From the NCBI GenBank assembly GCA_051546255.1, contig CP128817.1, positions 1,426,001 through 1,490,000 of the forward strand: DNA of 64,000 nucleotides, written 5' to 3'. Each line of letters begins with the position of its first letter. The first letter of the stretch is position 1. Of this stretch, positions 30,593 through 40,530 are shown piece after piece. This DNA is from Meyerozyma guilliermondii (Eukaryota). The notes under the pieces were generated by a model. It did no database searches and was not told the DNA's origin. It saw nothing but the letters and a program-made list of their open reading frames with translations. A program made the translations under genes and the position numbers.

Positions 30593-31131
30593 CACGAGGT
30601 AATAAGGGTCGATTCACGCAAAATAAAACGGTGCTCCCTTAGTCACTGAAGCGTTCAGATTGAAGCTCGGTTCGCGAACACATGACAGGCGGGGGAGGAT
30701 CCTGCACCTGGCCACCCCGCTGTTGCAGATTCGCGGTGGATCGCGGATTTGGCTCACACTTCAGTCGCACCAGTTGTTCGCACTGGCGCTCATTTTCGTC
30801 AGTTCGCACTCGCTAACGATGGGCATCGCTGCCCGATTGTGGAATGTGGATGGCTAGAATTAGACGATGTATTTTGAATTACACTAAGCAACACTTACTG
30901 TTACTTACCTCTCACTTATCTGTTACTTACCCGTACTTAATAGCCTACACCGTAAGTTGCTACCATCTCTAAGATGTCCCCTCAACCTCCCTAAATCTTC
31001 ATGTTCTCTCCCCAGTAATTCTGGCACCGCCGGACTTGCACCGTCACTGCCGGGTTGCGCGCGCAGCCAATTCCCCCAGGCCATCTCGCACCAGGTTGCC
31101 GTCGTGAACATTTAGAAGGTGTTGACCACCA

Positions 31132-34095
31132 ATGGGTAAGTTTTTTCACCGATCCAAGGGCCATTCGTCCAAAAACAAGACCCCAGACACATCCCAGTCG
31201 TTTATAGACTCCCATTCTACAGCGGATACCATAAAAACCTCGTCTACTGGACACAATACCGATTCGAGACGGAGGTCCGAAACTCCTGTTTCTCCCAAGT
31301 TTCCGCCCAAAGTCACCAATGACGGCCCCGAAACATCGTCAAACGTCTCGGGAGAGATTCCTGAAACAGCACTTGAAGAGGGATCTGCTGCTGGTCAGAC
31401 GCAACCCATAATTGCTGTCACCGTAGACAGAGGTCCCCAGCCAAATGGCCCAGAAACCACCCATGAAAACCCCCAATTGTTGGCTCCTCGAATGTCTGAA
31501 CTGGACATGGGAGAGAGACAGAGCCAGAACTCTCGAAAGGAAAAACAAGGCATTCTTTCGTCGTTGGTTTCTGCCGCTCACAATGCCGCAAATATCATCA
31601 CATCCACTATCGACGACGACCACAAGTCGGGACTGAATAACCTGCCTTCGCGAAAGACGTCGGCACTGCCAAGAAACTCCAGTACTCAAGACTTCGATAG
31701 CGAGCTGGACCGCAACCATAATCGGTCCTTTAGCAACAAACTCGACTTTTTGTTGAAACCGGCCAGGTTCCATGGGCCTCACTCTTCCACCTCCTCTTTG
31801 GACCACAAGACTCAAGAACATACCACCAGTGCAGAGGCTGCTCACCGGGGCCGTGACGACGTAAATGGAAACGAAACCGAAAAGGAAAAGTCGCTTGCAA
31901 GGTCTCTTTCTCCGTCTAATGTACATTTTGAATCGGTGCGAGAGTCTCCCATCAACACAATCGGTCAGGGAAATCTTCTGCTTGGACATTTTTCCAACAA
32001 CCGTCCTGCTATCAGGTCGAATCAAAACTCAACTGACTCTCTCCCCATTAAGAGGGGTATGTCCCCGCAAGCGGTGAACAATCAACTTCCTCCTCTGAGC
32101 CAATTGGCAGTTTCAGGCTCTGGAGACTACAAGAAAGTGCGCCGGAAGTCGTACCTCTCACCTGCTAGGTCACAAGAACGTCGTCGTCTGCACAGTGCCG
32201 CATCTGACAGTGAATCATACACCGATTCGGCAACTATGGACGATGAGCTAGACCAAATCATCGACTATTCGGGTCTGAAGATAGCATCTGAGAAAGAGAA
32301 TCGTGAGTTTCACCAGGCTTTCCGCGATCTTCCGCCGGAAGAAAAGCTTGTGGATGATTTCAGCTGTGCCCTCTCGCGAGAAATCTTGGTTCACGGCCGC
32401 ATGTACCTTTCAGAACATTATCTCTGTTTCAACTCAAGTATCTTGGGTTGGGTCACCAATATTCGCATTCCTTTGCAGGAAGTTATCCAGATTGAAAAGA
32501 AATCAACGGTTAAATTGTTTCCCAATGGTATGATTGTACGGACACTTCACCACAAGTATGTGTTTGCTTCATTTTTGTCTCGAGACTCGGTTTTCAAACA
32601 AGTCACCAATGCTTGGCATCAAGTATTGCTTGAGCTGGCGGACGTGGATCCTAAGAAAGTGGTAGCTCCTCGTGGAAGGACTCGTTCGCGTTCTTTGGCA
32701 ACTAAGACGCTGCTGGATGGGGTGGATTCTGATGATGAAGACTCTACTAACAGTGCAGACGTTTCCGATTATTCGGATAGAGAAAACTCCGATACCGATG
32801 AGTCTTCTTTGGCAAATGACAACGACTCTTCCAACAGCTCAATTGAGGTCAAGGCGTACCCAGAGAACAATTTACTCGCTAAAGGCAGCTCCAATGAAAG
32901 CGACAAAGACCAAGCGCAATCTGAGGGAAACACATTTAGGGGCCTTCCGTTGACCGGTCCGCTGACTCACGAACCGACCGAGATCGACTACACCAAACTG
33001 TCACTGGAGACATTCATTTGTGACGAAACAATCAATGCACCATTGGGGGTTGTTTACCTCATTCTCTTTGGAGCAGATACTTCCAAATACATCAAGGTTC
33101 TCAAAAACCAAAAGAACTTTGACATCGATGAACTGGGAGTGGTGGGGCTTACAAAATCAAACAAGAGTCGTCACTATACTTACACCAAGCCGCTCTCTGG
33201 GCCAATAGGACCAAAGCAAACCAAGTGTATTATCGACGATAAACTCATCGATTATGATTTTGAGAAGTATATACTAGTCGAACAGGACACTTCGACCCCA
33301 GACGTTCCCAGTGGAAATTCGTTCAACGTGAAAACCAAGATGTTCATGAGCTGGGCTGCCAACAACAGCACCAGGATCTACGTGGTGACGTCTGTGGAGT
33401 GGTCAGGAAAATCATGGATCAAAGGAGCCATTGAAAAAGGTAGCATTGATGGTCAGAAAGAGTCGATGAAACTGATGATCGAAACGTTAAATGACTTTGT
33501 GGCCACTGCAGGCAGTAAGGGCGACAAAGGCGATAAGAAGAAAAAGAAAAGACGGAAGTCTACATCTTCGGGTCAGAAAGAAAAAGCACCCGAACCAGAA
33601 CCAACATCTTCTGGCTCTGATGCGGGTATTCTCCAACAACTTACAACATTAATGGAGTCTATCGGTGAACTTGTCCCCATCCTGATATTTGGAAAGTCAG
33701 TCACAGGCACCATCATCACTATGATTACATTGTTCTTGTTTGGATGGTTGTCTAGTATGGTTTCTTTCCGAGGCTCAACTCTGTTGGAAATACTTCACCA
33801 GAGCAACATGATCACCCAGGTGAAAATCAACGAGCACACCTACACCATGATACCGTCGGTGGACTCGTACTTGACGGACCGCAAGAAGCGGTTGGACACG
33901 GAGTTAGCCCTTTGGAAGTGGATTAACGACCGGTCTGACGGACAAATCAGAATCCAATCTCAACCTGAGACGGGGTCCTCTTCTACCCTGGATAAACTTA
34001 AGCAGTATTCTGCGCAAGAACTCAAGGAGATAGTCAGGATCACCCAGCTCAAGTTGAATGAATTGAGCAAGCGTTTAGACTCAGACAATGAATAA
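31132..34095 (+). CDS. LAM4: Membrane-anchored sterol transfer protein (GRAM + VASt/StARkin), Ysp2/Lam4 ortholog group
   Basis: GRAM domain (DDFSCAL.REIL.HGRMYLS..Y.CFNS.ILGW), VASt domain (TPDVPSG.SF.VKT...W.GKSWIKGAIEKGSIDGQ) and a C-terminal TM; synteny with SKP1/PEX3 and IRE1. Confidence 0.85.
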   Translation: MGKFFHRSKGHSSKNKTPDTSQSFIDSHSTADTIKTSSTGHNTDSRRRSETPVSPKFPPKVTNDGPETSSNVSGEIPETALEEGSAAGQTQPIIAVTVDRGPQPNGPETTHENPQLLAPRMSELDMGERQSQNSRKEKQGILSSLVSAAHNAANIITSTIDDDHKSGLNNLPSRKTSALPRNSSTQDFDSELDRNHNRSFSNKLDFLLKPARFHGPHSSTSSLDHKTQEHTTSAEAAHRGRDDVNGNETEKEKSLARSLSPSNVHFESVRESPINTIGQGNLLLGHFSNNRPAIRSNQNSTDSLPIKRGMSPQAVNNQLPPLSQLAVSGSGDYKKVRRKSYLSPARSQERRRLHSAASDSESYTDSATMDDELDQIIDYSGLKIASEKENREFHQAFRDLPPEEKLVDDFSCALSREILVHGRMYLSEHYLCFNSSILGWVTNIRIPLQEVIQIEKKSTVKLFPNGMIVRTLHHKYVFASFLSRDSVFKQVTNAWHQVLLELADVDPKKVVAPRGRTRSRSLATKTLLDGVDSDDEDSTNSADVSDYSDRENSDTDESSLANDNDSSNSSIEVKAYPENNLLAKGSSNESDKDQAQSEGNTFRGLPLTGPLTHEPTEIDYTKLSLETFICDETINAPLGVVYLILFGADTSKYIKVLKNQKNFDIDELGVVGLTKSNKSRHYTYTKPLSGPIGPKQTKCIIDDKLIDYDFEKYILVEQDTSTPDVPSGNSFNVKTKMFMSWAANNSTRIYVVTSVEWSGKSWIKGAIEKGSIDGQKESMKLMIETLNDFVATAGSKGDKGDKKKKKRRKSTSSGQKEKAPEPEPTSSGSDAGILQQLTTLMESIGELVPILIFGKSVTGTIITMITLFLFGWLSSMVSFRGSTLLEILHQSNMITQVKINEHTYTMIPSVDSYLTDRKKRLDTELALWKWINDRSDGQIRIQSQPETGSSSTLDKLKQYSAQELKEIVRITQLKLNELSKRLDSDNE

Positions 34096-34272
34096 ATGTA
34101 ATTTTTTTTCACCGGTACAGTTTTGTCGGTTTCGAGCGAGGATATGACGTAATGACATCAATTGCTATTGTTCCCTAACCCGGTGACAATCAGCCACCAA
34201 ACGTCTTTCAAAAGTAATCGCGTACCATTTGTGTGACCAATTGGCTTATTCTTCCTTACACTAGTTCCCAGA

Positions 34273-34659
34273 ATGTTCAAGGCGCGAGCTCCGTCGGAAC
34301 CTACAACAGCACCACCGATAGAGGCTTCTTGGACTTGTGAATTACTGGACGTAGACCTACCGAGAAGCTCCAGTCTTGCGGACCTTAGCCTGGAGCAACG
34401 TTATGAAGAGATAAAGAACCAATGTAGCAAGCTTATTAGTGAATTGGAGTAAGTATCACCACAAATTTTTCACCAATCAGTATACTAATATAGTTCAAAT
34501 CAGAACCCCGAGGCTATTATGATGCGCCATTTGGCGCTGATTCCCCACTACCACGAGCTCAGTGGAGTTGCATTGGAACTTATCACAATGATAGCAGACC
34601 AGCGTCATTTGTGTACGACTGACATTTTGAAGAAAATGAAAGAGTTGAACGAAGGTTGA
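34273..34659 (+). CDS. SAE3: Spliced Sae3/Swi5-family recombination mediator (exons 34273-34448 and 34494-34659; 113 aa)
   Basis: 45-nt intron GTAAGT(34449)...TACTAAT(34483)-A-TAG(34493) removes an in-frame TAA. Exon 2 encodes NPEAIMMRHLASIPHYHELSGVALELITMIADQRHLCTTDILKKM, matching the Swi5 pattern. It lies between LAM4 and IRE1, the SAE3 position in S. cerevisiae. Confidence 0.8.
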
Positions 34660-35084
34660 AGAAGGTGTTTTTTGTGGTTTTCAGTTCTCTTTTATACTTT
34701 TGCATTATATTCACTGGACTCTCATAGACCTCCAACCATGAACCTTGGCCTCTTCATTCAGTGACTGATATTAAGGGCACGGCATGGAGAAGTTACCATA
34801 GTTAATAAACGGAGTTGACAGAATATTGAACCACAAAACTCAACTTGAGCTGAGTGCACATTGAATGGAGCCGACCCCAAAACAATATTGTTGACAATAT
34901 TGTGGGGCAATATCTTAAATCCAATATCTTCCTTACTCTACTACTCCTCAAAACTGTCTCCTCCAAGTCACGTGGATTTATTGAAAATGCCTTCTCAGCC
35001 CGCCTGGTCGCATCACCTTTCGTTTTTGACCCCCTTCTACTTTCGACCCAACCATCACTTTGTGCATCGTCTAACCCAGTCACA

Positions 35085-38000
35085 ATGAAAGCCAGCTTGG
35101 CTTATGCCATATTAGCACTTTCATACGTGCTATCGTTTGTCTTTGCTGCAGCTCGAATAGAAAAGGTCGAGACCCACCGACAACCGCAAGTCGATTCCGC
35201 CGAAAATAATCAACTAGAAGTTCGCTCGGACTCTTCCATACTTCCGTTAGATGTGAGATCCATCAAGGATTGGACTCTTGCTGACATACTTCTTGTGAGT
35301 GATATTGATGGTAATCTTCATGGTGTACGGAGGAGCACCGGAGAGCTTGTATGGACGCTTCCACTAGATGATCCTTTGGTACGGATTGCTACAAACAACA
35401 CCAGAAATAGTGAGAATGTTAACTCGAATGTTCTATGGTTTGTGGAGCCGTATCAAGACGGCACACTCTACTATTTCAATCCACGGTTCGGACTCAACAA
35501 GTTGCCTACCAGTATCAAAGGGCTCGTGTTCGAGTCCCCATTCTGCCTTAGCGGAGACGACAAAATCTACACTGGGTCGAGAAGAACCTCCTTGTTCACA
35601 TTCAATCTTTACACGGGCGAAGTTAAGTCTCAGTTTGGAGAAAACGACAAGTGCCCTAGTCCTTACATCCATTTAAATTCTCCTCAAGGGTTCACTCCTA
35701 ACCGAGGCCATAGTATCATGATGGGAAAAACCACATACGAGCTCTCCATTCACTCGAAGGCCAACGACGTGGTATCGTGGAACGTGCTGTACGCCCAATG
35801 GGGCCCAAACAACATCGATAATGACCTCATCTTACAAAACCAACAGAGTAAAGACGGCATCTATTTTACACCTTTCCATGATAAGTCACTTCTAGCCATA
35901 AATAAGGAGTTGGGAACACCCGTTTGGATAGCAAAATTACCACTGTTGGCTGTCAGCGTGTTCGATGTCTTCACTAAGGCAGACGGCTCCGACTCGGTTG
36001 CTTTGCCCCATCCACTTAAAGTGCTCAACGATCTCCAAGCTAAAGCTGACGACTACTCGCTCAACAATGACTTGTGCTTCATCAATAAAACTTCAAATGG
36101 AGCTGAATGGTTTGCCATGAGCTACCGAAACTATCCAACTTTGATCAAAAGTGCTCCAGTTTCCCTCTACCAGATGGCCCTTTATGATCTATCTACAAAA
36201 CCTCTTGACACCATGAGCGACTCGCAAATGAAATACATCGAACGCCTCAAAAATCTCCAATTGTTGAACCCTGGTTCTGCAGCCGAGGCCAAGCACGTTG
36301 AAGAGTTCATTCGTGGTTCACACAGAGTACATCATCTCTCTGCCGACACTTTATACCAACCAATATCAAGATTTCAAAATTTACAACGAGAAAAAATCAA
36401 GCAAATCGGCGACGGGAGGAAAGAACCAGCTAAAGATGAAACCGAAAAGACTATTCCAAACATAATAGAAGGGATACGGTTTTCTAGTCAACAAGAAACC
36501 GTCAATGCACACCTGCCATCGGTTGTGGAAGAACCACCAAAAGCAGTCATGGTTCTTGATCGCACGTCTGATATTGCATCCACGATCAAAAATCGTACAA
36601 AACCCGTGGCGAAGAGCTCTTTGGCATTTATCCAGCGCATTGCCGAAGACATAATTGTTCTTTTGATTTTACTTGCTGTAATCATGATGTTCAACAGAGC
36701 AGGTAAACTCAATCTCAACATCAGTTCCGAGCAACAGGTTGAGCTTGAAAAGTCTCGTGGAGAAGATAGAATCGAGGAGATCAATGGCTCGATCAACGAC
36801 ACCGCTATTGCTGAAGATTTGAAATCTGAGAGCGAAGAAAAAATCACAGTGAATGAGGCTGATATGGAGGAAAGTTCATCTCAAGACAATTTGAGCGACG
36901 ACAAGAAGATCAAACGAGTTACCATTGTTACTCCAAATGATAAGTTAGAGTCAAGTGATTCCAATGTGGCTGTAGATGCCACCATCACAAAAGACTTGGA
37001 CTTGAGTGAGGACGCCGAAGATGAGCAGAACGATAATTCTGGCCAAGAAAGCAACTCAACGACAAAGAAAAAGCGCAAAAGAGGTAGTCGTGGAGGCAAG
37101 CGTGGAAAAGGCAAAAACCAGAACAATGTGGAAACCATCTCTCCTGAAAATAGTACCCGGAATGAGGGCGAGGATTTGGTAGATGATGGAGCCATCTCAA
37201 CAACAAGTTTGATTAAAACAATGCCTGAACCTACTAGCAACTCGTTGAAACGGCTCCACATCGAAAAGAATCTTGTCATTACCGATAAAATCTTGGGTTA
37301 TGGTTCTCATGGTACTGTCGTTTACCAAGGTACATTTGAGAATAGACCTGTTGCGGTGAAGCGTATGTTACTTGATTTCTATGACATTGCAAACCATGAG
37401 GTGAGTCTTTTGCAAGAAAGTGACGACCACCCCAATGTGATACGGTATTTCTGCTCTCAGCTGAGCGAATCGGAAAAGTTTCTTTACATTGCATTGGAAT
37501 TGTGTCGCTGCTCACTCGAAGATGTCATTGAAAAGAGGAAGTATGCCACTCAATTTCCACTCGTGGATATGGCTACGGTTTCTACTGTGTTGCTCCAGCT
37601 TGCAAGCGGTTTGCATTATTTGCACTCGCTCAAGATTGTTCACAGAGATTTGAAGCCGCAAAACATTTTGGTTGGTGAAACTAAAAACGCCAGAACCAAA
37701 GGCAAGCCAGACCCAAATAGCAATGTGAGGTTGCTCATATCTGATTTCGGGCTCTGTAAAAAGTTGGATGCAGATCAATCCTCGTTTAGAGCAACCAGCC
37801 ATCATGCTGCTCTGGGAACCACTGGTTGGAGAGCCCCAGAGCTCATGTTGCACGGCAACTTACTGGAAATTTCACCCGAGACGGTGGCAGCGTCACAAAC
37901 CGAAATCAATAAGGCACTAACAAACCAGGAAACTAGGCTAACAAAAGCCATTGATATTTTTTCGCTTGGGTGTGTTTTTTTCTATGTAATGACCGGTGGG

Positions 38001-38597
38001 GGCCACCCATTCGGCGATCGGTATATGCGGGAAGCTAATATTATCACTGGCGAATACGATCTCAGTCGTTTGCAAAAAATTGACCCATACAACTACGCAG
38101 AGCTGTCTCATTTGATTGCATGTATGATCGAGCGAAATCCAAGCTTGAGATTAGATACTGCTGGGATCATGATGCATCCATATTTCTGGAAACCAGCGAA
38201 AAAATTAGAGTTTTTGCTCAAGGTAAGCGATCGGTTTGAAGTTGAAAGACGTGATCCTCCAAGTGACCTCTTGTTAGTTCTTGAGCTGTCGGCCATCAAA
38301 GTGCATGGAGGAAATTGGCATAAAAGATTTGACCAAGCATTCATGGATAATCTTGGCAAATATAGAAAATACTTTCCAGACAAATTGATGGATCTCTTGC
38401 GTGCCATGCGGAACAAGTACCATCATTTCAATGATATGCCTGATTCTTTGAAGGAGCAAATGAGTCCATTGCCAGACGGGTTTTACAAGTATTTCAATGA
38501 AAGATTTCCGCATTTACTTATGGAAATCTTTTTCATCGTCGAAAAGCATTTGAAGCATGAGCATGTGTTTAATGACTTTTACGTGCAACAGCATTAA
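35085..38597 (+). CDS. IRE1: Ire1 ER-stress sensor kinase/endoribonuclease
   Basis: Signal peptide from ATG 35085, luminal domain, TM, kinase (LGYGSHGTVV, HRDLKPQNIL, ISDFGLCK, GWRAPE) and KEN domain (DLLRAMRNKYHH). Confidence 0.98.
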   Translation: MKASLAYAILALSYVLSFVFAAARIEKVETHRQPQVDSAENNQLEVRSDSSILPLDVRSIKDWTLADILLVSDIDGNLHGVRRSTGELVWTLPLDDPLVRIATNNTRNSENVNSNVLWFVEPYQDGTLYYFNPRFGLNKLPTSIKGLVFESPFCLSGDDKIYTGSRRTSLFTFNLYTGEVKSQFGENDKCPSPYIHLNSPQGFTPNRGHSIMMGKTTYELSIHSKANDVVSWNVLYAQWGPNNIDNDLILQNQQSKDGIYFTPFHDKSLLAINKELGTPVWIAKLPLLAVSVFDVFTKADGSDSVALPHPLKVLNDLQAKADDYSLNNDLCFINKTSNGAEWFAMSYRNYPTLIKSAPVSLYQMALYDLSTKPLDTMSDSQMKYIERLKNLQLLNPGSAAEAKHVEEFIRGSHRVHHLSADTLYQPISRFQNLQREKIKQIGDGRKEPAKDETEKTIPNIIEGIRFSSQQETVNAHLPSVVEEPPKAVMVLDRTSDIASTIKNRTKPVAKSSLAFIQRIAEDIIVLLILLAVIMMFNRAGKLNLNISSEQQVELEKSRGEDRIEEINGSINDTAIAEDLKSESEEKITVNEADMEESSSQDNLSDDKKIKRVTIVTPNDKLESSDSNVAVDATITKDLDLSEDAEDEQNDNSGQESNSTTKKKRKRGSRGGKRGKGKNQNNVETISPENSTRNEGEDLVDDGAISTTSLIKTMPEPTSNSLKRLHIEKNLVITDKILGYGSHGTVVYQGTFENRPVAVKRMLLDFYDIANHEVSLLQESDDHPNVIRYFCSQLSESEKFLYIALELCRCSLEDVIEKRKYATQFPLVDMATVSTVLLQLASGLHYLHSLKIVHRDLKPQNILVGETKNARTKGKPDPNSNVRLLISDFGLCKKLDADQSSFRATSHHAALGTTGWRAPELMLHGNLLEISPETVAASQTEINKALTNQETRLTKAIDIFSLGCVFFYVMTGGGHPFGDRYMREANIITGEYDLSRLQKIDPYNYAELSHLIACMIERNPSLRLDTAGIMMHPYFWKPAKKLEFLLKVSDRFEVERRDPPSDLLLVLELSAIKVHGGNWHKRFDQAFMDNLGKYRKYFPDKLMDLLRAMRNKYHHFNDMPDSLKEQMSPLPDGFYKYFNERFPHLLMEIFFIVEKHLKHEHVFNDFYVQQH

Positions 38598-38694
38598 TAT
38601 TCAATTCATTATATAATGACCATCGTCATGAATACATCTATTAATTTGCCTATGATGTTTGGGTTTGTTTCTCCATTATCATTGATCTCTTTTG

Positions 38695-39246
38695 CTACTT
38701 TCTTGCCTTTTTCTTTCCTTTCGCCTTGTCATCTTGTGATTTCTTTGGTTTGGTAACTTTCGTCGGGGTCGTTTTCTCATGAAATTTGGTATGCTTTCCC
38801 TGGAATTCCAGGCCCTTAAAACTAGCTGAGCTAATAGCAGGTTTCTTGATACTGTCAGGAGCAGCTGCCCCTCCACCATTGACGTTGTTACCCAACGCCT
38901 GCTGTATCAATCTCTTTGCGGTTTCGCTATCTTGTGCGGAAGTGTCTTTCAGCTGAAGTTTTTGTTCTAACTCTTTCACCTTATTCATGCTCTTTTTGAT
39001 TCTTGCTAGTTCTTCCATGATGGGGTGTGACTCTGTCTTGACCCCTGTGCTCTTGAGGTATGCAAATAAAGTGGAAATGGTGACATAGAGGTAGTTGTTG
39101 TATGCCTTTATTCGTGAAATTGGGTCTAAATCTTCCGTTATCAGCACCATATCCTTGCCTAGAATTGGTTTGACGGTGTCCTCTAGGGTATCTATGGAGG
39201 AATCTAGCGCAGCTAGGTAGCTTTCAACCTTGGTGATATCTTCCAT
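38695..39246 (-). CDS. LRP1: Exosome cofactor Lrp1/Rrp47 (Sas10/C1D family)
   Basis: Y...TLFAYLK..GV....HPIM.EL.RIK..M.K, AKRLI..AL and FQGKHTKF; basic tail. Confidence 0.88.
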   Translation of the reverse strand: MEDITKVESYLAALDSSIDTLEDTVKPILGKDMVLITEDLDPISRIKAYNNYLYVTISTLFAYLKSTGVKTESHPIMEELARIKKSMNKVKELEQKLQLKDTSAQDSETAKRLIQQALGNNVNGGGAAAPDSIKKPAISSASFKGLEFQGKHTKFHEKTTPTKVTKPKKSQDDKAKGKKKARK

Positions 39247-39281
39247 AGTTGTGCTCGAATATAAAGTGTTGAATCTTTCGC

Positions 39282-39297
39282 GCGATGAGCTGAAAAA
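39282..39297. promoter_or_regulatory. PAC (GCGATGAG) plus RRPE-like TGAAAAA in a 71-bp bidirectional promoter
   Basis: GCGATGAGCTGAAAAA lies between the divergent rRNA-processing genes LRP1 and RRP17. Confidence 0.75.
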
Positions 39298-39317
39298 CCA
39301 CCTCGAACAACTCCACT

Positions 39318-40076
39318 ATGGCACGAAATAACAGAGAAATATTAACAGGGGGCAAGAAGTACATCCAGAAAAAGATAAAGAAGAATGGTGTAGAAGAGGT
39401 TGTGTTTGACAAGGGGTCAAGAGTGGAGTATTTGACTGGGTTTCATAAGAGAAAATTGCAGCGTCAGAAGAAGGCACAAGAAACCATAAAAGAACAAGAA
39501 AGGTTGGCACGGATAGAGGAGCGGAGAAAGATTCGAGAAGAGCGCCAGAAAGATATGGAGAAACAGTTGGCCGAGCTCAAGGAAAATGCAAAGATTATTG
39601 GCGCTGGAGGCTATGAGCTGGAAGAGGAGATGGGTGCAAATGAGCAGGATGATGAAGATTGGCAAGGATTTGATGACAAGAAGGAAGAAGAAGAAGCTCA
39701 AGATGAGGATAAAGACAAGGGCATTCTCAAACGCAAAGAAGTTTACAAACTTGATGAAGATATTCGTCTGGATTTACCAGCCGTGGTTGATGAAGAAACC
39801 ACCGTTGTCGTCGAGTCGCTTGAAAACCCAGCAATCACCCGTATACAAAACACCAACCTCGAGGCGTTAGCCAAGGCCAACAATGTCAATCTCGAGAAGT
39901 CAGATGAGATTCTTGAAGAGTCCATCACCAGAGCCAAAAATTATGCCGTTTTGGCAGGAGTAACCAAGCCTCCAGTCAAGGAAAAACAAAAGAAAAAGAA
40001 GTTTAGGTATTTGTCCAAAGCAGAAAGAAGGGAGAACAACCGTAAGGCAAAGGACAAGAAGAGAGACAGAAAGTGA
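39318..40076 (+). CDS. RRP17: Rrp17/Nop25 rRNA-processing protein
   Basis: [33 protein letters not shown] and [12 protein letters not shown]. Confidence 0.93.
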   Translation: MARNNREILTGGKKYIQKKIKKNGVEEVVFDKGSRVEYLTGFHKRKLQRQKKAQETIKEQERLARIEERRKIREERQKDMEKQLAELKENAKIIGAGGYELEEEMGANEQDDEDWQGFDDKKEEEEAQDEDKDKGILKRKEVYKLDEDIRLDLPAVVDEETTVVVESLENPAITRIQNTNLEALAKANNVNLEKSDEILEESITRAKNYAVLAGVTKPPVKEKQKKKKFRYLSKAERRENNRKAKDKKRDRK

Positions 40077-40102
40077 AACTTTCAAAGATGATTTTCACAA
40101 CG

Positions 40103-40285
40103 AAAATTTTTCAGTCGAAAATTTCACTATGGTGAACGCATGAGGAGTAACGTTGTAGTTGTCGGATAGAGCATATAATTAGCATACCAATTCCAAAATT
40201 TAATCAGTCAACTTTGCACAAATAGGTTCAAGAATGCATTTGCAGCCATGGCCCGCCGGGTAACCTCATCGGTGGATCTATAAAA
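40103..40285 (+). promoter_or_regulatory. snoRNA-cluster promoter: RRPE, Reb1-type site, PAC-like element and TATA
   Basis: AAAATTTTTCA at 40103, CCGGGTAA at 40256, CTCATC at 40265 and TATAAAA at 40279, just upstream of the snR67 host intron. Confidence 0.6.
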
Positions 40286-40323
40286 CGCGACAGTAGCGCA
40301 TTTTTTCTTCTCATCGTGAAACA

Positions 40324-40439
40324 GTAAGTTAAACCTACAGTGATGACAACATGTCGCCCCAAGCGGAGGCCTCTTCAGGCACTGACCGATTCGATTCAAG
40401 CCAAACACTGAAAATTCTGAGTAGTCTTACTAACTAAAG
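40324..40439 (+). other. Spliceosomal intron in a non-coding host transcript, containing snR67
   Basis: 5' splice site GTAAGT at 40324, perfect branch TACTAAC at 40428-40434 and AAG at 40437-40439; no host ORF evident. Confidence 0.75.
40335..40424 (+). ncRNA. SNR67: Box C/D snoRNA snR67 (guides 25S Gm2619 and Um2724 equivalents)
   Basis: Terminal stem CTAC/GTAG, box C GTGATGA at 40340, guide TGTCGCCCCA plus D' CGGA (pairs with LSU P-loop UGGGGCGGCA), C' TGACCGA, and guide CACTGAAAAT plus box D CTGA at 40417 (pairs with LSU AUUUUCAGUG). Confidence 0.92.
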
Positions 40440-40467
40440 TTTTAAAAAAGAGTCGTAATCAGAAACT

Positions 40468-40485
40468 TTTCCATAGTGGTGGAAA
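40468..40485 (+). other. AGNN-tetraloop hairpin (candidate Rnt1/RNase III site)
   Basis: TTTCCAT-AGTG-GTGGAAA stem-loop between snR67 and snR53, imperfectly extendable on both sides. Confidence 0.6.
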
Positions 40486-40530
40486 TGGGTCCGATGGTGA
40501 ATTTGTTTTAGAATGTAGATAACGATGTTT

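Noticed and set aside
30901..30910. TTACTTACCT resembling the U1 snRNA 5' end
   Set aside because: Part of a local repeat; no U1 stem-loops or Sm site follow.
34854..35084. Non-ATG upstream extension of IRE1 (similar extensions on STU1, UBX5, ERD1, ADE5,7, POL12)
   Set aside because: Artefact of alternative-start ORF calling; signal peptide or homology begins at the downstream ATG.
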